A DNA stretch of 64,000 bases from an uncultured Clostridia bacterium (GTDB lineage Bacteria; Bacillota; Clostridia; Christensenellales; CAG-138). The position numbers and the translations under genes were made by a program. Below, one piece after another: positions 53,503 to 60,157 of this stretch. Position 1 is the stretch's first letter, and each line of letters starts with the position of its first letter. The notes below the pieces were generated by a model. It was given only the letters and a program-made list of their open reading frames with translations, made no database searches and had not been told where the DNA came from. The stretch is from contig CAKTYU010000010.1 in the NCBI GenBank assembly GCA_934633985.1, positions 1,185 through 65,184 on the forward strand. Direction: 5' to 3'.

Positions 53503-54204
53503 TTATATATCCTCCGCCGCCTCCAGCCGCGCGGCTATGCCGTCGAGCTCCAGCTCCCTGTATCTGCTTATCTCGCTGTAATTGCGCCACGGGGTCATGT
53601 CCGGCCTTATGGCGCTCATGCTCGCCAGCTCGATACAGCTAAGGCCGCCCTGTCCCTCTATGTTGCACAGCACGCAGCAGCCCCGCTTTAGCCACAGCAG
53701 GGCATACGGGCTTATACGCAGCCGCCGCGTCAGCCCCTCCATGTGGTCCTTGTCATAATATGTGACCTGCCGCCGCTGCTCGATCGCCGCGCTTAGCCGG
53801 CCTATATTCTCTATCATCTGATCGTCCGGGCATTTCATGGCGCCGTCCTCCGGCAGAGTCAGCGCGACCAGCCGCCTTCCCACTATGCCCTTTAGCTTTT
53901 CCAGCAGGGCCGCCGTCCGCCTTTCCGATAAAAAATACGCCGAGCGCAGAGCCCAGACGAGGCACTTAAGCTCGTCCCGCGAAAGCTCGCCTCCGGCAAG
54001 GTAATACCCGGTGCCTGTGTGCTTTATGTCCGCGCCATACTGTATGAGCGCGTCTATGTCCCGGTAGATGCCCTTGCGCTCCGCCGTAATGCCCCGCCTT
54101 TGCAGCTCCTCCAGCAGCTCCGGCACTGTCATCCTGTGCCGCTCATCCGTCATTTCCCGGAAAATATCCAACAAGTAAAGTGGCTTCAGCTTTGTGTTCG
54201 CCAT
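53503..54204 (-). CDS. wHTH + WYL-like domain transcriptional regulator (short form, 233 aa)
   Basis: KLKPLYLLDIFREMTDERHRMTVPELLEELQRRGITAERKGIYRDIDAL matches the Firmicute WYL-regulator N-terminus. The C-half has ISPYALLWLKRG, a WYL-like core. Confidence 0.75.
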   Translation of the reverse strand: MANTKLKPLYLLDIFREMTDERHRMTVPELLEELQRRGITAERKGIYRDIDALIQYGADIKHTGTGYYLAGGELSRDELKCLVWALRSAYFLSERRTAALLEKLKGIVGRRLVALTLPEDGAMKCPDDQMIENIGRLSAAIEQRRQVTYYDKDHMEGLTRRLRISPYALLWLKRGCCVLCNIEGQGGLSCIELASMSAIRPDMTPWRNYSEISRYRELELDGIAARLEAAEDI

Positions 54205-54214
54205 ACCGCACCCC

Positions 54215-54496
54215 TTATACCAGCCGCGAAAGCATACTTATTATCATCTCGCATACCGCCAGTATGCATACGCATATATCCGCCACCATGACGGTAAAGG
54301 CCTTGCCGCGCTTCTTCTTCGCCCGCTCCCGCGCCTTTATGTCGAAATACCACACGAGGGCAATAAGCGTCCCCGTTGCACCCGCAAGGAACGCCGTGAA
54401 CCACGGCAGCGCCGCCGCAACGCCCGTATGCAGCAATGCGCCGTCCAGCAGCAGAAACAGCCCCATCCCGCCGAAAGCATAAGCAATAATACCCAT
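54215..54496 (-). CDS. Small 3-TM membrane protein (93 aa), hypothetical
   Basis: GGGAGGG RBS 4-5 nt before the ATG. Three hydrophobic helices with a basic loop ARERAKKKRGK. Stop lies 10 nt before the WYL gene start. Own promoter upstream. Confidence 0.55.
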   Translation of the reverse strand: MGIIAYAFGGMGLFLLLDGALLHTGVAAALPWFTAFLAGATGTLIALVWYFDIKARERAKKKRGKAFTVMVADICVCILAVCEMIISMLSRLV

Positions 54497-54519
54497 TTTT
54501 CCCTCCCTGCGCCAAGAGT

Positions 54520-54549
54520 ATTATACCATAAAGGGAGAGCAGATGGCAA
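54520..54549 (-). promoter_or_regulatory. Promoter TTGCCA-18-TATAAT (TG-extended) for the small-membrane/WYL operon
   Basis: Minus strand: -35 at 54544-54549, -10 at 54520-54525 preceded by TGg. Confidence 0.55.
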
Positions 54550-54555
54550 AATAGC

Positions 54556-54578
54556 AAAAAGCCCCTTGCGGGGCTTTT
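54556..54578. terminator. Short hairpin terminator after the GGGtGRT gene
   Basis: AAAAAGCCCC-TTGC-GGGGCTTTT, symmetric A/T flanks. Confidence 0.45.
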
Positions 54579-54592
54579 ATTTTGATATCCGG

Positions 54593-55591
54593 TTATTTCA
54601 TCGCCTCGGCTACCGCAACGGATACCGCCACGGTTGCGCCCACCATGGGGTTGTTGCCCATGCCGATGAGGCCCATCATTTCAACGTGGGCGGGCACGGA
54701 GGAACTGCCTGCAAACTGGGCGTCGGAATGCATACGGCCCATGGTGTCGGTCATGCCATAGGAGGAGGGGCCGGCAGCCATGTTGTCGGGGTGCAGGGTA
54801 CGGCCGGTGCCGCCGCCGGAGGCGACGGAGAAGTACTTCTTGCCGTTCTCGACGCACCACTTCTTGTAGGTTCCTGCGACGGGGTGCTGGAAGCGGGTGG
54901 GGTTGGTGGAGTTGCCGGTTATGGAAACGTCCACGTTCTCGTGGCGCATTATGGCCACGCCCTCGTTTACATCGTCGGCGCCGTAGCAGCGAACGTTTGC
55001 GCGCTCGCCCTTGCTGTAAGCGGTGGTCTTGGTGATGGTGAGCTCGCCGGTGTACTGATCGTACTCGGTCTCGCAGTGGGTGAAGCCGTTGATGCGGGAG
55101 ATTATCTGGGCGGCGTCCTTGCCCAGGCCGTTCAGGATGACCTGCAAGGGCTCCTTGCGGACCTTGTTTGCGGTGCGGGCTATGCCGATAGCGCCCTCCG
55201 CCGCGGCAAAGCTCTCATGGCCTGCCAGGAACGCGAAGCACTTGGTGCCCTCGCTGAGCAGCATTGCGCCGAGATTGCCGTGGCCTATGCCTACCTTGCG
55301 CTGATCCGCTACCGAGCCGGGTATGCAGAAGGTCTGGAGGCCCTCGCCTATGCACTCGGAGGCTTCGGCGGCGGTCTTTACGTTTTTCTTCACGGCTATG
55401 GCTGCGCCGAGGGTGTATGCCCATACCGCGTTTTCAAAGGCGATGGGCTGTATGCCCAGCACTATGCCGCGCACGTCTATTCCCTTGGACTTGAGCAGCT
55501 CGTCCGCCTCCTCCAGCGATTTGAGGCCATACTGCGCCAGCACGGGGTTTATCTGATCTATCCTTCTTTCGTAACCTTCAAAAGTTGCCAT
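54593..55591 (-). CDS. GGGtGRT-family protein (uncharacterised family, PF14057-type)
   Basis: 332 aa containing the eponymous SGGGTGRTLHPDN motif. AAGGAGGG RBS. Confidence 0.88.
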   Translation of the reverse strand: MATFEGYERRIDQINPVLAQYGLKSLEEADELLKSKGIDVRGIVLGIQPIAFENAVWAYTLGAAIAVKKNVKTAAEASECIGEGLQTFCIPGSVADQRKVGIGHGNLGAMLLSEGTKCFAFLAGHESFAAAEGAIGIARTANKVRKEPLQVILNGLGKDAAQIISRINGFTHCETEYDQYTGELTITKTTAYSKGERANVRCYGADDVNEGVAIMRHENVDVSITGNSTNPTRFQHPVAGTYKKWCVENGKKYFSVASGGGTGRTLHPDNMAAGPSSYGMTDTMGRMHSDAQFAGSSSVPAHVEMMGLIGMGNNPMVGATVAVSVAVAEAMK

Positions 55592-55604
55592 TATCGCGCC
55601 CTCC

Positions 55605-56297
55605 TTATTCCTTGCGGGGGTCGATCACCTTGGCGGCCTCAGCAAAGCGGCCGTAGGTGCCGATGTTCTTCTCGTATGCTTCCTTGGGATCCATGCCCTT
55701 CTTGATGGCTTCCATCATCTTGCCAAGGTGTACAAACTTGTAGCCGATGATCTGATCCTCCTCGTCCAGAGCTATGCCCAGCACGTAGCCTTCCGCCATC
55801 TCCAGATAGCGGGGACCCTTCTTAAGAGTGCCGTACATGGTGCCGATCTGGCTGCGGAGGCCCTTGCCCAGATCCTCGAGGCCCGCGCCGATAGCCAAGC
55901 CGTCGTCTGAGAAGGCGCTCTGGCTGCGGCCGTATACGATCTGAAGGAAAAGCTCCCTCATGGCGGTGTTTATGGCGTCGCATACCAGGTCGGTATTCAG
56001 CGCCTCCAGAATGGTCTTGCCGGGGAGTATCTCTGCTGCCATAGCGGCACTGTGGGTCATGCCGGAGCAGCCGATGGTCTCCACCAATGCTTCCTGAATG
56101 ACGCCGCCCTTTATGTTGAGGGAGAGCTTGCAGGCTCCCTGCTGGGGGGCGCACCAGCCCACACCGTGTGTGAAGCCGCTTATGTCCTTGATCTCCTTAG
56201 CCTTGACCCATTTGCCCTCCTCGGGTATGGGGGCAGGATCATGCTTTGCGCCCTTTGCGACGCAATACATCTCTTCCACTTCGCGTGAATACTGCAT
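55605..56297 (-). CDS. NifU/IscU-like Fe-S scaffold-domain protein with ~100-aa C-terminal extension
   Basis: Three IscU-type Cys contexts: GWCAPQQGACK, TIGCSGMTHSAAMA, LVCDAINTA. Start at MQYSRE (AAGGAGG RBS). Confidence 0.82.
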   Translation of the reverse strand: MQYSREVEEMYCVAKGAKHDPAPIPEEGKWVKAKEIKDISGFTHGVGWCAPQQGACKLSLNIKGGVIQEALVETIGCSGMTHSAAMAAEILPGKTILEALNTDLVCDAINTAMRELFLQIVYGRSQSAFSDDGLAIGAGLEDLGKGLRSQIGTMYGTLKKGPRYLEMAEGYVLGIALDEEDQIIGYKFVHLGKMMEAIKKGMDPKEAYEKNIGTYGRFAEAAKVIDPRKE

Positions 56298-56364
56298 GAA
56301 ATATCCTCCTTGAATATTAGCTGCCCGGTAGATCGACACGCCGGGTCATTCTTTCCTTATTATG

Positions 56365-56394
56365 ATTTTATCACGGGGCGCTATGCCATTACAA
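56365..56394 (-). promoter_or_regulatory. Candidate promoter TTGTAA-18-TAAAAT (TG-extended) for the NifU-like/GGGtGRT operon
   Basis: Minus strand: -35 at 56389-56394, -10 at 56365-56370 preceded by TGa. Confidence 0.4.
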
Positions 56395-56501
56395 GCCGAA
56401 CGGCAAAAAAGCCCGATAATTATTAGCCTCCACTAAACTTCCCGCAATAACCTGTCTTAATATCACGGCACGTGGCGATGCATAATTAACAAATGCCGCG
56501 A

Positions 56502-56531
56502 TTGATATAGCGGCGCCCGTCATGCTATAAT
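56502..56531 (+). promoter_or_regulatory. Promoter TTGATA-18-TATAAT (TG-extended)
   Basis: -35 at 56502-56507, -10 at 56526-56531 preceded by TGc. Confidence 0.55.
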
Positions 56532-56570
56532 TTGTATGTAGTATGCTGTCAATTTAGGGAGTTTAAATAT

Positions 56571-57791
56571 ATGCCAAGACGCCGTTTCAAAAGAGCTAAG
56601 CGCAGAAGGCGCAGACGCAGCCTAAACGCCTCGGTATGGGGCCCGATACTCAAGCTGTTAGCAGTGATATTGGTCTTTTTGGCGCTGCTTTACGCCATAT
56701 TCTATATAGCCATACCCAAGGCGGCCGACCTCATGGGCTGGAGCTACACCCCCCCGTTTGCCCCTGAGCCTACCCCCGCCCCTACGCCGATACCCACGCC
56801 CACGCCCAACCCCATGAGCCTGTACGACTTCGTCGGAAGCTCTCAGGAGCTGGTCTTTGACGGTTCCTCGGGCTATAAGTGGTTTACCGACCCTTACTTT
56901 TACGACGACAAGATGGTCATATCCGCAGGCAAGCTGGACGCCACCGGCAAAAACGTGGTGTTTAAGGATATGTTCTTCTTCCATCCCGGCACCCGCATAA
57001 GCGAAAAGATAAGCCTTGCGCCGCAGAACGATCACTTCCTCTTCCCGAAGTTCAACGATAAGTGGCTGGTATACCTTGACGGATACCTCGCAGGCGGCGG
57101 CGCTGTCATGGCGGTGGATCTCACCGCTTCCCCACTCAAGGCCGTGAAGGTAAAGGACATATACTCCGGCCAGCCGGAGCCCTTCCTGTCGGGCAGCTAT
57201 GTCGCCTTCACCGACCGTACAGGCACCAACAGGGACAAGCTATTCGTATACGACCTGACCACCATGGAATCCACCGTGGTAGCCATGTTCTCAAGCTCGG
57301 TATACGGCCAGAGCAAGCCCTTTTTGTCGGACGATACGCTGATATGGGCGGATTCCGCCACCTCCGACGGCAACTCGGACACCAGCGTGATACGCTACAT
57401 AAACCTCAACGAATCCTCAATAAAGTCCATCAGGCCCGGCACCTTCGTGCACGACCCGGAGTACAACGGCAAATACATCGCCTGGCTCACCGAGCTTCAC
57501 GGGCGGGATACCGCCCTCTATGCGGCGGACGGCCTCTCCGGCACCCCCGCCGAGGTGGATCGCTGCGTGGTGGAATTCGGGCTGGGCAGCCATTTCCTCG
57601 CCTATTCCCGCACCAATACCAGTACGGATTCCAGCAGCATATTCGTATATTCCTTTACGGACGGCAAGATATACCGCGTGACTCAGGAGTACGAATCCGC
57701 TCTGCTGCTGGGCGTATCGGACGACTATGTGATCTGGATGGACGTTACCTCCCGTGAGCGGGACATAGTAAAATTCACCAAAATACCCTGA
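56571..57791 (+). CDS. Membrane-anchored hypothetical protein (poly-Arg N-terminus, TM, Pro/Thr linker, beta-rich ectodomain)
   Basis: MPRRRFKRAKRRRRRRS, TM helix ILKLLAVILVFLALLYAIFYI, PEPTPAPTPIPTPTPNP linker. About 320 aa with repeated aromatic/Asp beta-strand-like segments. GGGAG RBS. Confidence 0.7.
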   Translation: MPRRRFKRAKRRRRRRSLNASVWGPILKLLAVILVFLALLYAIFYIAIPKAADLMGWSYTPPFAPEPTPAPTPIPTPTPNPMSLYDFVGSSQELVFDGSSGYKWFTDPYFYDDKMVISAGKLDATGKNVVFKDMFFFHPGTRISEKISLAPQNDHFLFPKFNDKWLVYLDGYLAGGGAVMAVDLTASPLKAVKVKDIYSGQPEPFLSGSYVAFTDRTGTNRDKLFVYDLTTMESTVVAMFSSSVYGQSKPFLSDDTLIWADSATSDGNSDTSVIRYINLNESSIKSIRPGTFVHDPEYNGKYIAWLTELHGRDTALYAADGLSGTPAEVDRCVVEFGLGSHFLAYSRTNTSTDSSSIFVYSFTDGKIYRVTQEYESALLLGVSDDYVIWMDVTSRERDIVKFTKIP

Positions 57792-57813
57792 TAGAGGGTT
57801 CAAGGAGCGCAAT

Positions 57814-59154
57814 ATGGCAAAAGCTAAGGGCAGCGTATTCTTCTGCGGGGAATGCGGCTACGAAAGCACCAAGTGGCTGGGCAAATGCCCCGCCTGCGGA
57901 AGCTGGAACACCATGCTGGAGCAAAAGAAGGTATCCTCCGCCCCCTCCATAAACAGCCTCGCCTATGCCCACGCCATACCCCTGTCGGACGTCGCCACCA
58001 CCGCCTCCGGCCGCGTATCCTCAGGCATAGGGGAGCTCGACAGGGTGCTGGGCGGCGGCATAGTGCCCGGCAGCGTCACCCTTTTGGGCGGCGATCCCGG
58101 CATAGGCAAATCCACCCTGCTTATGCAGACAGCCGCGGAGCTTACAAAGCGGGGCGCGGTATTATACGTCACAGGCGAGGAATCCGCCTCCCAGCTAAAG
58201 CTCCGTGCGGAGCGGCTCGGCGTGGGCGGGGATATGCTCATATTAGCGGAAAACGACCTTTCCGCTATCGAGGGCGAGGTGGACAGGGTAAAGCCCGCCT
58301 ATATAATGATAGACAGCATACAGACCATGTACTCGGCGGACTGCTCCGGCACGAACGGCAGCACCTCCCAGATACGCGAGGCCACCTCCCTTATAACCCG
58401 CATGGCAAAGCGCACGGGCGCAGCCACGTTTATCGTGGGCCACGTCACCAAGGACGGGGCCATAGCTGGCCCACGCATACTCGAGCACATGGTGGATACT
58501 GTGCTTTATTTCGAGGGCGACAGGCAGGATTCCTTCCGCCTGCTGCGCTCTGTAAAAAACCGTTTCGGCAGCACCGACGAGATAGGCGTATTTGAGATGC
58601 GCTCCACCGGCATGGCGGAGATATCCGACCCCTCCACGCTTTTCATAACCGGTGCAGAGCTTCCGGGCTGCGCGGTCACCTGCGCCATGGAGGGCACCCG
58701 CCCCATGATGGTAGAGGTGCAGGCACTGCTTTCCACCTCCCCCTTCTCCAACCCGCGCCGCATGGCTGCGGGCCTTGACAACAACCGTCTGGTGCTGCTG
58801 CTGGCGGTGCTGGAAAAGAAGGCGGGGCTAAAGTTTTACGACAAGGACGTATATACCAACGTGGTGGGCGGCATACGCCTTGACGAGCGCGCCGGAGACC
58901 TTGCGGTAGCCATGTGCATAGCGGGCGCAGGCGCGGATATCGCGCTCCCGCCCCGCACAGCCATACTCGGCGAGCTTTCGCTCACCGGCGAGGTACGCCC
59001 CGTAAACCGGCTGGACAAGCGCATACAGGAGTGCGCCCGCCTCGGCTTCTCCCACATAGTCGTCCCAAACAGCGACGCGCTCCCGAGGGTGGAGGGCCTG
59101 AACTATACCCGCGTAAAAAGCATACGCGAGGCTCTTTGCATATTGGGTATTTAA
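57814..59154 (+). CDS. radA: DNA repair protein RadA
   Basis: Zn finger CGECGYESTKWLGKCPACGSW, Walker A GDPGIGKST, KNRFG motif, Lon-like C-terminal domain. Confidence 0.95.
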   Translation: MAKAKGSVFFCGECGYESTKWLGKCPACGSWNTMLEQKKVSSAPSINSLAYAHAIPLSDVATTASGRVSSGIGELDRVLGGGIVPGSVTLLGGDPGIGKSTLLMQTAAELTKRGAVLYVTGEESASQLKLRAERLGVGGDMLILAENDLSAIEGEVDRVKPAYIMIDSIQTMYSADCSGTNGSTSQIREATSLITRMAKRTGAATFIVGHVTKDGAIAGPRILEHMVDTVLYFEGDRQDSFRLLRSVKNRFGSTDEIGVFEMRSTGMAEISDPSTLFITGAELPGCAVTCAMEGTRPMMVEVQALLSTSPFSNPRRMAAGLDNNRLVLLLAVLEKKAGLKFYDKDVYTNVVGGIRLDERAGDLAVAMCIAGAGADIALPPRTAILGELSLTGEVRPVNRLDKRIQECARLGFSHIVVPNSDALPRVEGLNYTRVKSIREALCILGI

Positions 59155-59164
59155 CTTTCCGGGG

Positions 59165-59193
59165 TTGAATTATCCCGCCCAAAATGATATCAT
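59165..59193 (+). promoter_or_regulatory. Candidate tRNA promoter TTGAAT-17-TATCAT
   Basis: -35 at 59165-59170, -10 at 59188-59193. tRNA 5' end lies 11 nt downstream. Confidence 0.45.
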
Positions 59194-59203
59194 ATCATGG
59201 TAG

Positions 59204-59280
59204 GCGCCCGTAGCTCACTTGGATAGAGCGTATGCCTCCGGAGCATAAGGCAGCGCGTTCGAATCGCGCCGGGCGCGCCA
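59204..59280 (+). tRNA. tRNA-Arg (anticodon CCG)
   Basis: Hand-folded cloverleaf: acceptor GCGCCCG/CGGGCGC, D-arm GCTC/GAGC, anticodon stem TATGC/GCATA with loop CT-CCG-GA, 5-nt variable loop, T-arm GCGCG-TTCGAAT-CGCGC, encoded CCA. 77 nt. Confidence 0.9.
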
Positions 59281-59285
59281 GCATC

Positions 59286-59320
59286 GCCGCGGACTAAATA
59301 AGTCCGCGGCAATGTTTTTT
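59286..59320 (+). terminator. Intrinsic terminator after tRNA-Arg
   Basis: GCCGCGGAC-TAAATAA-GTCCGCGGC followed by AATGTTTTTT. Confidence 0.7.
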
Positions 59321-59388
59321 AGATCACTTTTCATACATTCCCTTGTCTCTCCGCTTTTAAGCCCCCCTGCGCGCGCCGTTGACTGTGC

Positions 59389-59417
59389 CGCGCACGGCGG
59401 GTATAATATACATATAC
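59389..59417 (+). promoter_or_regulatory. Promoter TTGACT-17-TATAAT of the second TetR gene
   Basis: -35 at 59389-59394, -10 at 59412-59417. Confidence 0.65.
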
Positions 59418-59435
59418 CTATAAGGAGTTGTCCCA

Positions 59436-59993
59436 ATGCCCTCTTTTACAAAAAAAGCGATAAAGGAAGCTTTTATAAAGCTGCTGGAGCAGTATCCGCT
59501 CAAGCAGATAACCGTAAAGGATATAGTCGAGGAATGCGGCATAAACCGCAATTCCTTCTATTACCATTTTGCGGATATACCTTCCCTAATAAATGAGATA
59601 ATGGTGGAAAACGCAGACAGGATAATCGAGGAATACGCGGGAGCCGACTCCCTCGAAAAGTGCCTTACCGCCGCGGCGCAGTTTGCGCTTAGAAACAAAA
59701 AATCCGTGCTTCACGTATATAAATCCGCCAGCCGCGAGCTTGTGGAGCTTCAGCTTATGAAAATATGCGAGCACGTCGTAAGCTCATACGGCAAGGCGGT
59801 GTTCGGCGGGATAGACATCGACGAAAGGGACAGGGAGATACTTCAGCGCTTTTACAAGTGCGAGCTTTTCGGGCAGATAATAGACTGGCTCAACTGCGAT
59901 ATGCGCTACGATATACAGTCGCAGTTTTCCAGGCTTTGCGAGATACAGGATAGCATAACGGCATCCGCGATACAAAAGTGCATATCTAAATAG
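59436..59993 (+). CDS. TetR family transcriptional regulator (DhaS/YsiA-like small TetR)
   Basis: KEAFIKLLEQYPLKQITVKDIVEECGINRNSFYYHFADI HTH. Confidence 0.88.
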   Translation: MPSFTKKAIKEAFIKLLEQYPLKQITVKDIVEECGINRNSFYYHFADIPSLINEIMVENADRIIEEYAGADSLEKCLTAAAQFALRNKKSVLHVYKSASRELVELQLMKICEHVVSSYGKAVFGGIDIDERDREILQRFYKCELFGQIIDWLNCDMRYDIQSQFSRLCEIQDSITASAIQKCISK

Positions 59994-60005
59994 CCCTTGC
60001 TATAT

Positions 60006-60036
60006 GGGGGACGGCGCGCGCCGCCCCTCTTTTTTT
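60006..60036 (+). terminator. Intrinsic terminator after the TetR gene
   Basis: GGGG(A)CGGC-GCGC-GCCGCCCC followed by TCTTTTTTT. Confidence 0.6.
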
Positions 60037-60157
60037 GTGCAAAGCGCCCCTTTTGTCCGGCATCCGGTCACCGCCGCCCTTATGCCTATTTTTTGCCATA
60101 TCCCTATTTGTTAAAATTCATCAGTAATATATATTCGGAGGAAATCAGGCTTAAAGT

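Noticed and set aside
54194-55705. 503-aa plus-strand ORF spanning the small membrane gene, the intergenic terminator and the GGGtGRT gene
   Set aside because: It is antisense to three independently supported features and crosses a terminator hairpin. Its composition is typical of shadow ORFs (GGxxGxG runs derived from antisense Ala/Pro codons). It has no RBS.
59204-60157. tRNA-Arg as a possible integration site marking the TetR-MMPL-YhgE region as a genomic island
   Set aside because: There is no integrase or recombinase. I noticed no direct repeat of the tRNA 3' end downstream within the window. Codon usage in the downstream genes (ATA-rich Ile, GC3-rich) matches the rest of the window. 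The far boundary lies outside the window, so this is not fully excluded.
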